DNA of 63,513 nucleotides, counting the filler, from Thermodesulfobacteriota bacterium (GTDB lineage Bacteria; DASVDK01): the NCBI GenBank assembly GCA_036381125.1. It is 8 parts of 8 records of this genome, joined end to end, with 100 filler letters (N's around TTAATTAATTAA, not from the genome) between each part and the next. Parts side by side here need not be neighbours in the genome. Positions count along the whole stretch, not along the records: positions 29,502 to 39,043 come from DASVDK010000295.1; positions 39,144 to 43,755 come from DASVDK010000298.1; positions 43,856 to 51,034 come from DASVDK010000299.1; 5 more parts are not named here. One strand, 5' to 3'. The position numbers and the translations under genes are program-made. Below the pieces are notes generated by a model, which did not search any database, had not been told where the DNA came from, and saw only the letters and a program-made list of their open reading frames with translations. Positions 36,183-47,834 of the stretch are shown here, piece after piece (position 1 is the stretch's first letter; the number at the start of each line of letters is the position of its first letter).

Positions 36183-37117
36183 GACCGGGCCCGGGGATCG
36201 AGCCAGCCGTAGAGGAGGTCGATCGCGAGGTTCACGGCGACGATGACGGCGGCCAGGGCGAGGACGATCCCCTGGACGAGGGGGAAGTCGCGCGCCTCGA
36301 CGGCGGTGAGCGCGAGCCGCCCCATGGCCGGCAGGGCGAAGACGCTCTCGACGACGATCGCGCCGGCCAGGAGCTGCCCGAAGAGGCTCCCGGCCACGGT
36401 CACGATGGCGAGGAGCGCGGCCCTGAGGGCGTGTCGGATCAGGACGGCCCTCTCCGGCAGCCCCTTGGCTCGCGCCGTCCGGACGAAGTCCTGGCCGAGG
36501 ACCTCGAGGAGCGACGCGCGCACGACGCGGGTGAGGATGGCCGCCTGCCCGAGCCCCAGGGCGAGGACCGGCAACACGAGCGACCGGAGCGCGTCGACGG
36601 GGCTCTCGCTCCAGCGCACGAACCCGGTCGTCGGCAGCCATCCGAGCCGCACGCCGAAGACGAGGATGAGGAGCAGGCCGAGCCAGAAGGTCGGCACGGC
36701 AAGGCCGATCTGCGACAGCGCCACGACCGGCATGTCGAGCGCCGACCCGCGCCGCATCGCCGCCAGGGCGCCGATCGGCAGCGCGATCACGAGCGCGAGG
36801 GCGGCGGAGAGGCCGACCAGGGGGAGGGTCACGCCGAGGCTCGAGGCCACGAGTGAGGCGACCGGGCGGTCGTAACGGATCGAGACGCCGAGGTCCCCGC
36901 GGAGCGCACGGCCGGCCCAGGTCGCGTAGCGGGTGAGCGGCGGCCGGTCGAGGCCGAGCCGCTCGCGCACGGCCGCCAGCGCCTCGGGCGACGCCTCCAT
37001 GCCGAGGATCGCCTGGGCGGCGTCGCCCGGAACGAGGAGGAGCGCCCCGAACACGAAGACCGAGGCGACGAGGAGCGTGAGGACGGCCGTGCCGATCCGC
37101 CGGAGAACGTACCTCAC
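36179..37117 (-). CDS. peptide/nickel ABC permease (DppB-like)
   Basis: VPGDAA, LGLDRP, VRTARAKGL, RDFPLVQG, LDPR. Confidence 0.93.
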   Translation of the reverse strand: MRYVLRRIGTAVLTLLVASVFVFGALLLVPGDAAQAILGMEASPEALAAVRERLGLDRPPLTRYATWAGRALRGDLGVSIRYDRPVASLVASSLGVTLPLVGLSAALALVIALPIGALAAMRRGSALDMPVVALSQIGLAVPTFWLGLLLILVFGVRLGWLPTTGFVRWSESPVDALRSLVLPVLALGLGQAAILTRVVRASLLEVLGQDFVRTARAKGLPERAVLIRHALRAALLAIVTVAGSLFGQLLAGAIVVESVFALPAMGRLALTAVEARDFPLVQGIVLALAAVIVAVNLAIDLLYGWLDPRARS

Positions 37118-37140
37118 GCCGCAGGCACGGAGGCGGGAAT

Positions 37141-37379
37141 GCGCCCCGCGAAGCGGGGCCCGGCCGAAGGCCGGCGCGCCGGCAGAGCGGTCCGTGGGCG
37201 GCACGTGGCAGCAGGGGCCGATCCCCCGCGCCCCGCGCAGCGGGGCCCGGGCGAAGCCCGGCGCGCCGGCAGAGCGGTCCGTGGGCGGCACGCGGAAACA
37301 GGGGCCGATCTCCCGCGCCCCGCGAAGCGGGGCCCGGGCGAAGCCCGGCGCGCCGGCAGAGCGGTCCGTGGGCGGCACG
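37141..37379. repeat. 87-bp-period tandem repeat (about 2.75 copies) rich in GCGAAGC-capped hairpins
   Basis: Units start at 37141, 37228 and 37315; each has CCCCGCGAAGCGGGG and CCGGGCGAAGCCCGG-type stems. Confidence 0.9.
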
Positions 37380-37439
37380 GGGCACGGGCGGCGCCGGCAG
37401 GCCGGCGCCTCGAGTCGGCCGGCCGGTTCACGACACGAC

Positions 37440-38942
37440 TTACCGCGACAGCCAGACGCGCACCAGGTTCATGGACGGCGTCGGCTGGTGCCGCCACCAC
37501 CCCTGCACGGCGGCCCGCGTGGCGGCGAGGTAGGGCGAGCTGTAGAGCCAGTCGTTCACGGCGTCGCGCGCGAGCATCCGCTGGAGGTCGGCGTAGATCC
37601 TCGCCCGCTCGCGCTCGTCGAGCGTCGTCTGCCCCTTCTCGAGGAGCGCCCGGAACTCGGCGTTGTCGTACCGGAAGTAGTACCCGGGGTTGGCGTAGAT
37701 GCCGATGTCGAACGGCTCCGAGTGGCCGATGATGGTCATGTCGTAGTCGGCGTTGCGGAAGATCCGCGAGAGCCAGGTCGTCCACTCGACGACCTCGAGC
37801 CGGAGCCGGATGCCGACCTTCGCGAGCTGGGCCGCGAGCAGCTCGCCCGCCCGCCGCTCGTAGGGATAGGGGGCCGGCAGCGAGAAGGTCGCCTCGAAGC
37901 CGTTCGGGTACCCGGCCTCGGCGAGGAGCGCCTTCGCCCGCTCGGGGTCGTAGGGGTAGGTGCCGGAGGTGTCGACGTAGTAGCGCTCGCCCGGGCTCAT
38001 GTGCGAGCCGATCGGCGTGCCGAAGCCGAACATGGCGCCGTCGACGATCTCCTTCCGGTTCGTGGCGTGGGCGATCGCCCGCCGCACCCGCACGTCGGAG
38101 AAGGGGCGGCGCGAGTTGTTGAGGCCGACCGTGATCTCGGTCGTCGTGCGCCCCTCGATCAGCCGCAGCGCCGGGTTCCCCTTCACCTTGAGGGCGTTCT
38201 CGGGCGACAGGGCGTAGCCGATCACGTCGAGGTCGCTCGCCTCGAGCGCCGCCATCTGCGCGCTCGGGTCGGGCAGGAAGCGGAAGACGGCGCCGTCGAG
38301 GTAGGGGAGGCCGGCCTCGTGGTAGCCGTCGAAGCGGGCGAGCCGCACGGCCGAGCCGCGGTCCCAGGCGACGAAGCGGAAGGGCCCGGTGCCGACCGGG
38401 CGCGCCTTCTGCGCCTCGACGTCGCCCGGCGCGTGGATCACCGAGTCGGGCCGCGCGAGGTCGAAGAGGAAGTCGGCGTTCACCTTCCCGAGCCGGAACG
38501 TCACGGTCCGGGCGTCGGGGGTCGTGATCTCGGTGATGTCCTCGTAGTAGGCGTGGTTGGTGTGCCCGGAGCCGGCGGTCCGCGCCCGGTCGAACTTCGC
38601 CTTGACGGCGGCCGCCGTGAAGGGCTGGCCGTCGTGGAACCTGACGCCCGACTTGAGGGTGAAGGTCCAGACGAGCCCGTCCTTCGAGACGCTCCAGCGC
38701 TCGGCCAGGAGCGGCAGGATCCGTCCCTCGTCGTCGAAGCGGACGAGCCCCTCGAGGACGTTCCCGTAGAGCATCCGCGCGATCTCCTGCGAGGTGCTCG
38801 CCGTGGGGTCGAGGTGGGGCGGCTCGGCGTTGAGCGCCACGGTGAGGGTGCCGCCCCGCGCCGGCCCCTGGGCGATGGCGGCCGCGGGCAGAAGGAGCGC
38901 GGCCAGGGCGAGGGCGGTCGTCAGGATCCGCCGCATGGTCAT
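37440..38942 (-). CDS. family 5 ABC substrate-binding protein (DppA-like)
   Basis: Signal peptide; LKSGVRFHDG, PVGTGPF, VRRAIAHA. Confidence 0.93.
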   Translation of the reverse strand: MTMRRILTTALALAALLLPAAAIAQGPARGGTLTVALNAEPPHLDPTASTSQEIARMLYGNVLEGLVRFDDEGRILPLLAERWSVSKDGLVWTFTLKSGVRFHDGQPFTAAAVKAKFDRARTAGSGHTNHAYYEDITEITTPDARTVTFRLGKVNADFLFDLARPDSVIHAPGDVEAQKARPVGTGPFRFVAWDRGSAVRLARFDGYHEAGLPYLDGAVFRFLPDPSAQMAALEASDLDVIGYALSPENALKVKGNPALRLIEGRTTTEITVGLNNSRRPFSDVRVRRAIAHATNRKEIVDGAMFGFGTPIGSHMSPGERYYVDTSGTYPYDPERAKALLAEAGYPNGFEATFSLPAPYPYERRAGELLAAQLAKVGIRLRLEVVEWTTWLSRIFRNADYDMTIIGHSEPFDIGIYANPGYYFRYDNAEFRALLEKGQTTLDERERARIYADLQRMLARDAVNDWLYSSPYLAATRAAVQGWWRHQPTPSMNLVRVWLSR

Positions 38943-39043
38943 TCGTCCTCCATGAGGAAGAGCACCGCGGCCGCGGCGTAGAGGCGGGCCGAGGCCACGA
39001 GGTCGTCCACGCCGACCCACTCGTCGGCCTGGTGCGGCACGGT
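38939..39043 (-). CDS. M20 family peptidase/deacylase, C-terminal fragment
   Basis: PHQADEWVGVDDLVASARLY. Confidence 0.7.
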   Translation of the reverse strand, partial: TVPHQADEWVGVDDLVASARLYAAAAVLFLMEDE

Positions 39044-39143
39044 NNNNNNNNNNNNNNNNNNNNNNNNNNNNNNNNNNNNNNNNNNNNTTAATTAATTAAN
39101 NNNNNNNNNNNNNNNNNNNNNNNNNNNNNNNNNNNNNNNNNNN

Positions 39144-39367
39144 TCCGGCGCCTCGCCGCGCCGGAGCGACCGGAGGAGGAGGAGCAGGCCGAGGACGACG
39201 AGGACGGCCGAGACGAGGAACGGCACGAACCCCGGCGTGGCGTAGATCCCCTCGTGGAGGTTCTGGAAGCGCGGCATCCGCCACGCGCCGACGGCGGCGG
39301 CCGCGCCGACGGCGACGATGACGAGCGACGTCACGAGATCGGCCCGCGGCCGGCGGCCCTCCGGCAT
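39144..39367 (-). CDS. tctB: TctB-like small TTT membrane protein, 3' truncated
   Basis: Follows tctC; PGFVPFLVSAVLVVLG. Confidence 0.7.
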
Positions 39368-39386
39368 GCCCCCTCTCCTCGATCCG

Positions 39387-40397
39387 CTACGGCTTCGGGA
39401 TGCCGACCTGGTCGGGCGAGACCTTCGCCTTGCCGGCCTCGTGCAGGAGCCAGGCGTTGGACTGGACCGACGGCCAGGCGCGCCGGAAGGCGTCGTCGCC
39501 CCAGTAGGGGGCGAAGAGCGCGCCGCGGCTCGTCGCGTACTTCTTGAGCGCCTCCGACCGGGCGATCACCTCGGTCCAGGCCTTGCCGAGCGTGTCGACG
39601 ACCTCCTGCGGCACCCCCTTGGGGACGAAGATGCCGAAGTAGTTCACGTCGATCTCGAAGCCGGGGACCCACTTCGTGATCGGCTCGATCCGGCCGTAGC
39701 CCTCGATCTCGAGCGGGTCGGCGCCGACCACGGCGAGCGGCCGCAGCTTCTTCGCGCGGATCATGTCGGCCTGCTCGACGGCGAGCTGCGTCGTGACGCT
39801 CGTCTCGCCCGCGACGGTCGAGACGACCGCCGGGTTGCCGCCGTCGTAGGTGACGTGCTTGTAGGTGACGCCGGTCGCCCGGGCCACCGCCTCCATGGCG
39901 TAGTGGCCGCCCGAGTTGATGCCGGCGGTCCCGACCGGGATCTGCCCGGGACGCGCCTTCATGGCGTCGAGCAGCGCCCGCATGTCCTTCCAGGGGGCGT
40001 CGGCGTTCACGCTCACGACCGAGACGTTGGCGACGCTGAGGAAAAGGTGCCAGTCGGAGAGCTTCGTGTCGAGGAGCCCGGTGACGATGTAGGTCCCGAG
40101 GTCCTTCGCCGCCCCCGCCGTCCAGGTGTAGCCGTCCTTCGGCGCCTCGAGCGCGCTCTTCGTCCCGATCGCGCCGGAGGCGCCCGGCTGGTTCACGATG
40201 ACGAGCTTCGTGCCGAGCACCCCCTCCAGCTCGCCGGCCGCCACGCGCGTCACCTGGTCGGTCGACCCGCCGGCCGCCCACGGCACGATGATCGTGATCG
40301 GCCTCGTCGGCTTCCACTGCGCCAGCGCGGCGCCCGGCCAGCCGAGTCCGGCCGCCAGGACCGCCAGCGCGAGGATGCGCCCCGTCGTCCGCAGCAT
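39387..40397 (-). CDS. tctC: TTT substrate-binding protein (TctC/Bug)
   Basis: KPTRPITIIVPWAAGGSTD, NQPGASG, DGYTW. Confidence 0.92.
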   Translation of the reverse strand: MLRTTGRILALAVLAAGLGWPGAALAQWKPTRPITIIVPWAAGGSTDQVTRVAAGELEGVLGTKLVIVNQPGASGAIGTKSALEAPKDGYTWTAGAAKDLGTYIVTGLLDTKLSDWHLFLSVANVSVVSVNADAPWKDMRALLDAMKARPGQIPVGTAGINSGGHYAMEAVARATGVTYKHVTYDGGNPAVVSTVAGETSVTTQLAVEQADMIRAKKLRPLAVVGADPLEIEGYGRIEPITKWVPGFEIDVNYFGIFVPKGVPQEVVDTLGKAWTEVIARSEALKKYATSRGALFAPYWGDDAFRRAWPSVQSNAWLLHEAGKAKVSPDQVGIPKP

Positions 40398-40408
40398 CGT
40401 TCCCTCCT

Positions 40409-41827
40409 TCACGCCATCTCCCGCATCGCCGGCCACTCCGGCTCCGCGCCGACGGCGAACCCCGTTCGCCCGAGCGACCCGACGGCGACCTCGCCTCCGT
40501 CGATCCGGAGGCCGACGACCCCGCCGCGATCGCGGTAGAGGTCGGGATGGGCGGCGAGGAACGCCGCCTGCTCGGCCCGCGGCCGGCCCGCCATCCCGTT
40601 GACGTAGTGGTGCCCGTTGCGCTCGACGTGGCCCAGGCCGAGGAGCGCGACGAGCGCGAGGTCCTGCTGGACCGAGACGCCGGCCTGCGTCGTCAGGTCC
40701 TCGCCCGACATGAAGTACCCGGCCCCCGGCTCCTCGAGGTTCCACCTGGCGGCGCGGGTGGCGTTCAGCAGCGACCGGTAGACCCCCTTGCAGGTCTTGC
40801 TCGACACGCCGCGGTAGCCGAGGCTCCGCGCGCGGACGAACGCGTCGAGGTCGGCGTCCGACTCGTCGATGATGACCGGCCGTACGCGGGCGAGCGCGTG
40901 GATCGGGCTGGCCAGCGCGGCCCCACGCGCGACCGGTTGCTCGACGAAGAGGATCGAGTCGGCCAGGCGGGCAAGGCGCGGCGCGGCCGCCATGGCGTGC
41001 CAGAGGGCGAGGACGCCGTCCGCGTCGGCGTACTGCTCGTTGCCGTCGAGCGTGACGTGGTAGGGCCTCGGGCTCCTGTCGAGCACCGCGGCGATGGCGG
41101 CGAGGCGGTCGACGTCGCGCACGACCTCGCCGCTCACCTTGAGCTTGAAGTAGGTGTGGCCGTACGCGGCCACGACCTCCTCGAGCGTTTCGGGGAGGCC
41201 GTCGCCGACGCGCCCCCCGGCCGGCAGGTCCGCCGCGGTGATCGGGTCGGCGAGGCCGACGGTGTGACGCACGTGCAGGCGCGCGGCCGGCGCGAGGCCG
41301 GCGAGGAAGCGGGGGAGGTCGAAGCCGGCCAGGTCGGGCGCGAGCCGCGCGTCGATGCCGGGGAGGTTCGACCGGACGGCCTCGTAGAACGAGACGCCGC
41401 AGGCGCGGCAGAGGGCGTCGAGCACGGCGCGGTCGAGGAGCGCCGGCCCGTAGTTCGCGATCAGGGAATTGAGGCCCAGGGCGCGGCATCGCTCGACCTG
41501 CGGCCCGTGGTGGGCCGCGAAGAGGCCGAACGCCGTGCGCGGCTCGCGGTCGGCGAGGTAGCCCTCCGCGGCGACGCGGAGCGACTGCCGGAGCTGCTCG
41601 GCGTTCTCCTCGTTCGTGAGGGCCAGGTTCTTGTCGAACCACTTCGGCGCGAGGAGTTCGGCCGCGACGCCCTCCGCCTCGCCGCGCCCCTCGACCTCGA
41701 CGCGGAGCCGCACGTACGCCTCGCGCGCCTCGGTGAGCGTCACCACCCCGAAGCGGAAGGGCATCCGCAGGCGGACCTCCCGCTCGTAGCGGCGGACCTC
41801 GAGGACCCGCAGGCGAGGCGCGCTCAC
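40409..41827 (-). CDS. uncharacterised enolase-superfamily protein
   Basis: MPFRFG, KLK, DGNEQY, EQP, DES metal-ligand pattern. Confidence 0.75.
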   Translation of the reverse strand: MSAPRLRVLEVRRYEREVRLRMPFRFGVVTLTEAREAYVRLRVEVEGRGEAEGVAAELLAPKWFDKNLALTNEENAEQLRQSLRVAAEGYLADREPRTAFGLFAAHHGPQVERCRALGLNSLIANYGPALLDRAVLDALCRACGVSFYEAVRSNLPGIDARLAPDLAGFDLPRFLAGLAPAARLHVRHTVGLADPITAADLPAGGRVGDGLPETLEEVVAAYGHTYFKLKVSGEVVRDVDRLAAIAAVLDRSPRPYHVTLDGNEQYADADGVLALWHAMAAAPRLARLADSILFVEQPVARGAALASPIHALARVRPVIIDESDADLDAFVRARSLGYRGVSSKTCKGVYRSLLNATRAARWNLEEPGAGYFMSGEDLTTQAGVSVQQDLALVALLGLGHVERNGHHYVNGMAGRPRAEQAAFLAAHPDLYRDRGGVVGLRIDGGEVAVGSLGRTGFAVGAEPEWPAMREMA

Positions 41828-42840
41828 CACCGGGGGCCGCTCGCCTCTGCGGCGCCTCCCGGCGCCGCCTCCGTCAACGGCTCGCGGCCGGCTTCCGCTC
41901 CGCGCGGAGCAAGTCCGCGCTCCGCTCCTCGGCGCGCCTGCGGCGCGCCAACCGACCGGGGGCCGCTCGCCTCTGCGGCGCCTCCCGGCGCCGCCTCCAG
42001 TGTTTCGAGGATGCCGCGGATGTAGCCGATGGCGCGGGCGGCGGTCGCCGCGCCGTCCGGCCGGTAGTCGAACGGCTCGACCGAGATCGCCCCCCGGTAG
42101 CCGTGGCGCGCCAGCGCCGCGAGCACCGGCGCGAAGCGATCGCGCCCCTCGCCCGGACCGCGGCGGTTCGTGTCGTTGAGCTGGACGTGGGCGACGAGGC
42201 CGGTCGGCAGCCACCGGTCGAGCAGCGCCGGCAGCGGCAGCGCCTCTGCCCGGCCGGCCGCGCTCGTGTCGACCATGGTGCGCAGGGCGGGGCTCCCGAC
42301 CGCCTCGACCATCCGCGCCGCCTCGTCGAGCGTGTTGAGGAACGGGGTCTCCGCCGGCGCGAGCGGCTCCACGCAGTACGTCACGCCCGCCTGCTCGGCC
42401 TCTCTCGCCGCGGCGGCGAAGCACTCCCGGGCGCGCGCGAAGGCTGCCTCGGGATCGTCGCCCGGCTCGAGGCGCCGCTGCGCCGGTGAGCCGTGCACCA
42501 GCACGCGGCCGCCGAGGTCGGCGCAGAGGCCGACGAGGCGCCGCATCACGTCGACCGTCCGCTCGCGCACCGCCCGGTCCGGGCTCGTGATGGAGAGGCC
42601 CGGGGGGGTGACGAGGAGCCAGTGGAGCCCGACGATGGCAAGCCCCTGGGCCTCCGCCGTCCGCCTGAGCGCCGTCCGATCGGCCGCCGGCAGCCGGTGC
42701 GGCTCGTCGCCGAGCGTGAAGGGGGCCACCTCGAGCCCGTCGTAGCCGACCGCCGCCGCGAAGGCGCACTGGGCCGCGAACGGCCGGTCGCGCAGCACCT
42801 CGTTGCAGAGCGCGATCGGGGGCCGGAAAGCGCTTTCCAC
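41824..42840 (-). CDS. sugar phosphate isomerase/epimerase (D-tagatose 3-epimerase-like TIM barrel) with repeat-derived C-terminal tail
   Basis: [35 protein letters not shown]. Confidence 0.85.
   Translation of the reverse strand: MESAFRPPIALCNEVLRDRPFAAQCAFAAAVGYDGLEVAPFTLGDEPHRLPAADRTALRRTAEAQGLAIVGLHWLLVTPPGLSITSPDRAVRERTVDVMRRLVGLCADLGGRVLVHGSPAQRRLEPGDDPEAAFARARECFAAAAREAEQAGVTYCVEPLAPAETPFLNTLDEAARMVEAVGSPALRTMVDTSAAGRAEALPLPALLDRWLPTGLVAHVQLNDTNRRGPGEGRDRFAPVLAALARHGYRGAISVEPFDYRPDGAATAARAIGYIRGILETLEAAPGGAAEASGPRSVGAPQARRGAERGLAPRGAEAGREPLTEAAPGGAAEASGPRW
41829..41998. repeat. 44-bp direct repeat pair (126-bp period) flanking a palindrome-rich spacer
   Basis: Identical copies at 41829-41872 and 41955-41998. 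Confidence 0.88.
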
Positions 42841-42955
42841 GATGGCACTCTACTCGGCGGACGCCGTGGTGTCAAACCTGGTTCTGAGTCGGTCTACCGG
42901 ACCGGTTCTTGCGCAATGTGATATACCTGATGGCGTCCCCTCTCGAGGAAAGCGT

Positions 42956-43755
42956 ATGGCCAGCACGCCGTTCACCGACGACCCTGCCGAGCGCGCCGCG
43001 CCGGCGGACGAGGCCGCGCTCGAGGAGCGGCTCTCCCGCCCGGACGAGGGGGTCGTCCGGGCGCTCGCGGCCCTCGGCGGCGACCTCCTCGTCCTCGGGG
43101 CCGGCGGGAAGATGGGGCTCTCCGTCGCCCGCATGGCGCGGCGGGCGCTCGACGCCGCCGGCCGGCAGGGCGCGCGGGTCACCGCCGTCTCGCGCTTCGC
43201 CGATCCCCGCGCACGCGAGGCCTTCGAGGCGGCCGGCGTGCAGCCGCTCCCCGTGGACCTCCTCGCCGACGGCGCCCTCGAGACCCTTCCCGACGCGGCC
43301 GGCGTCGTCTACCTCGTCGGGACGAAGTTCGGCAGCCGGGCCGACCCGGCCTCGACCTGGGCCACGAACGCGTTCCTCGCCGGTCTCGTCGCGCGGCGGT
43401 TCGCCGGCGCGCGCATCGTCGCCCTCTCGACCGGCAACGTCTATCCCCTCGTGCCGATCGAGAGCGGCGGCGCCACGGAGGAGACGCCGCCCGCGCCGGT
43501 CGGCGAGTACGCCTGGTCCTGCCTCGGCCGGGAGCGGCTCTTCGCCTACCACGCCGCCCGGCGCGGCACGCCGGTCGCCCTCGTCCGCCTCAACTACGCC
43601 AACGACCTCCGCTACGGCGTCCTCGTCGACCTCGCCACGGCGGTCGGCGCCGGCGAGCCGATCGACGTGACCATGGGCCACGTCAACGTGATCTGGCAGG
43701 GCGACGCGAACAGCCAGGTGCTGCGCGCCCTGCGGCATGTCTCGACGCCGGCCTC
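42956..43755 (+). CDS. NAD-dependent epimerase/dehydratase family protein, 3' truncated
   Basis: [32 protein letters not shown]. Confidence 0.85.
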
Positions 43756-43855
43756 NNNNNNNNNNNNNNNNNNNNNNNNNNNNNNNNNNNNNNNNNNNNT
43801 TAATTAATTAANNNNNNNNNNNNNNNNNNNNNNNNNNNNNNNNNNNNNNNNNNNN

Positions 43856-44971
43856 AAACTCGACGACGTCGAAGCCCGATACGAGCAGCTCACCAGCCGG
43901 CTCGCCGACCCGGCCGTCATCGCGCGCCAGGACGAGTTCCAGAGGCTCGCCCGCGAGCACGCGGAACTCGGCCGCATCGTCGAGGCCTACCGCGCCTACC
44001 GCCGTACCGAGGCCGACCTCAAGGGGAACCGCGACCTCCTCGGCGACAGGGACGAGGAGGTGCGCGAGCTGGCGAAGGCCGAGATCCCGCTCCTCGAGGC
44101 CAGGCTCGCCGAGCAGCAGCGCGAGCTGCAGCTCCTGCTTGCCCCGAAGGACCCCAACGACGAGAAGAACGTCATCCTCGAGATCCGCGCCGGCACCGGC
44201 GGCGAGGAGGCGGCGCTCTTCGCCGCCGACCTCTTCCGCATGTACCAGAAGTACGCCGAGCAGAAGCGCTGGCGGCTCGAGATCATGAGCGAGAGCGAGA
44301 CCGGCACCGGCGGCTACAAGGAGGTCATCGTCCTCGTCGAGGGCCGGGGCGCGTTCAGCCGCCTCAAGTACGAGGCGGGGGTCCACCGGGTGCAGCGCGT
44401 GCCGGCGACCGAGCAGCAGGGCCGCATCCACACCTCCACGGTCACCGTCTCGGTCCTCCCCGAGGCCGAGGAGGTGGACGTCCAGATCAACCCCAACGAC
44501 CTGCGGGTCGACGTGATGCGCGCCTCGGGGCCGGGCGGCCAGAGCGTCAACACCACCGACTCGGCCGTCCGCCTGACGCACATCCCCACCGGCATGGTCG
44601 TCGTCTGCAAGGACGAGAAGAGCCAGCTCAAGAACAAGGCGAAGGCGCTCAAGATCCTGCGCTCGCGGCTCCTCGACCAGGCGCAGGCCGCGCAGCGGGC
44701 GGAGCTGTCGGCGGCGCGGCGCGGTCAGATCGGCACCGGGGAGCGGAGCGAGAAGATCCGCACGTACAACTTCCCCCAGTCGCGGGTGACCGACCACCGG
44801 ATCGGCTTCACCCTCCATCAGCTCGACGCCGTCATGGCCGGCGGGCTCGACCCCTTCGTCGACGCCCTGACGGCCCACTACCAGGCCGAAGCGCTCGGGG
44901 CCGGGACCGACGGCGCGGCGAACGGCGCCAGGCAGTCCGGGACCCGGAGGCTGGCGGATGACGACGAGTAG
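43856..44971 (+). CDS. prfA: peptide chain release factor 1, 5' truncated by a few codons
   Basis: [17 protein letters not shown] motif, [18 protein letters not shown]. Confidence 0.97.
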   Translation, partial: KLDDVEARYEQLTSRLADPAVIARQDEFQRLAREHAELGRIVEAYRAYRRTEADLKGNRDLLGDRDEEVRELAKAEIPLLEARLAEQQRELQLLLAPKDPNDEKNVILEIRAGTGGEEAALFAADLFRMYQKYAEQKRWRLEIMSESETGTGGYKEVIVLVEGRGAFSRLKYEAGVHRVQRVPATEQQGRIHTSTVTVSVLPEAEEVDVQINPNDLRVDVMRASGPGGQSVNTTDSAVRLTHIPTGMVVVCKDEKSQLKNKAKALKILRSRLLDQAQAAQRAELSAARRGQIGTGERSEKIRTYNFPQSRVTDHRIGFTLHQLDAVMAGGLDPFVDALTAHYQAEALGAGTDGAANGARQSGTRRLADDDE

Positions 44972-45902
44972 CCCCCGGCGGGCGCCGGCCGCCACCGTGG
45001 GCGCCGCGCTCGACGCGGCCATCGCGCGCCTGGCGGCGGCGGGCGTGGCCTCGCCCCGCCTCGATGCCGAGGTCCTGCTCGCCGACGCCCTCGGCCTCGG
45101 CCGGGCGGCCCTGATCGCGCGGCGGCCGGAGCCGCTCCCGGGCGGCGCGCTCGAGGCGTTCGAGGCGCGCGTGGCGCGCCGCGCGGCGCGAGAGCCGGTG
45201 GCCTACATCGTCGGCCGCCAGGAGTTCTACGGGCTCGACTTCGAGGTGACGCGGGACGTCCTCATCCCGAGGCCGGAGACGGAGCTGCTCGTGGAGGAGG
45301 CGCTGGACAACCTCCCCGGAGCCTCACTCGCGCGGGCCGGAGTGAATCCGGCCCGCGCCCCAGAAGTGCCGGCGGAGTCTTCGACACCGAGGGTCGTGGA
45401 CGTCGGCACCGGCTCGGGCTGCATCGCCGTGGCGATCGCCGTGCATGCGCCGGCGGCCCGGGTGATCGCGGTGGACGCCTCGGAGGCCGCGCTCGCCGTG
45501 GCGCGCCGCAACGCGGCGCGTCACGCCGTCGCGGGGCAGATCGAGTTCGTGCGCGGCGACCTCCTCGCGGGCCTCGACGGGCCGTTCGACCTCGTCGTCG
45601 CGAACCTGCCCTACGTCTCGACGGAGGAGGTCGGGACGCTCATGCCGGACGTGCGGCTCTACGAGCCCGCCCTGGCGCTCGACGGGGGCGCGGGCGACGG
45701 CCTGGCGCTCGTCCGGGCGCTCGTCGCCCAGAGCGTGGGGCGGCTCGCGCCGGGCGGTCTCGTCATCCTCGAGGTGGCCGCCGGGCAGGCGGCGCGCGTC
45801 GCCGACCTCCTCCGGTCGGTCGGCGCGTTCTCCGACGTCTCGATCCGGCGGGACCTCGCCGGGATCGAGCGCGTCGTGCGCGGGCGGACGTGGACAAGAT
45901 GA
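44958..45902 (+). CDS. prmC: release factor glutamine methyltransferase
   Basis: [35 protein letters not shown]; follows prfA. Confidence 0.95.
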   Translation: MTTSSPRRAPAATVGAALDAAIARLAAAGVASPRLDAEVLLADALGLGRAALIARRPEPLPGGALEAFEARVARRAAREPVAYIVGRQEFYGLDFEVTRDVLIPRPETELLVEEALDNLPGASLARAGVNPARAPEVPAESSTPRVVDVGTGSGCIAVAIAVHAPAARVIAVDASEAALAVARRNAARHAVAGQIEFVRGDLLAGLDGPFDLVVANLPYVSTEEVGTLMPDVRLYEPALALDGGAGDGLALVRALVAQSVGRLAPGGLVILEVAAGQAARVADLLRSVGAFSDVSIRRDLAGIERVVRGRTWTR

Positions 45903-45903
45903 C

Positions 45904-47156
<1,253 letters not shown>

Positions 47157-47160
<4 letters not shown>

Positions 47161-47834
47161 GCGACGACGCCCTCACCCTCGCGCTGCCCAAGGGGCGCGT
47201 CCTCACCGAGGCGGTGGCCGTCTTCGGGGCGGCCGGCTTCCCCGAGGTCGGCCAGGTGCTCACCGACAACCGCCGGCTCCTCTTCCGCATCCCCGAGCGG
47301 GCCCTCACGGTGCTGGTGGTCCGCGACGCCGACGTGCCGACGTACGTGGAGCAGGGGGCGGCCGACTGCGGCGTCTGCGGCAAGGACGTCCTGCTCGAGC
47401 AGGAGCGGGCCGTCTACGAGCCGCTCGACCTCGGCATCGGCGCCTGCCGCCTGGTCGTGGCGGCGCCGGCGGCCGAGGGGCAGGGGGGGGCGACGGCCCA
47501 GGCGGCCCGCGCAGGCCTCCCCCGCGTCGCGACCAAGTTCCCGAGGCTGGCCGCCCGCCACTTCGCGCAGAAGGGGGAGCAGGTCGAGATCATCCGCCTC
47601 TCGGGGGCCATCGAGCTGGCGCCGCTCGTGGGGCTCGCCGACCGCATCGTCGACCTCGTGCAGACCGGCGAGACGCTGCGGCGAAACGGCCTCGTCGAGC
47701 TCGAGACCATCTTCCACGCCACCTCGCGCCTCATCGTCAACCGGGCGAGCCTCAAGACGAAGCCGCGGCGGCTGAACGCCCTGGTGGCCGACCTCGGGCG
47801 GGCCACCGCCGCGGCGAGCGGAACCGCGACGTGA
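47157..47834 (+). CDS. hisG: ATP phosphoribosyltransferase, short form
   Basis: [39 protein letters not shown]; no C-terminal regulatory domain. Confidence 0.95.

Noticed and set aside
37141-37379. 87-bp repeat as a CRISPR array or as an N-terminal extension of the permease
   Set aside because: The 65-bp core is too long and the linkers resemble each other. The permease has its own GTG with an RBS at 37117.
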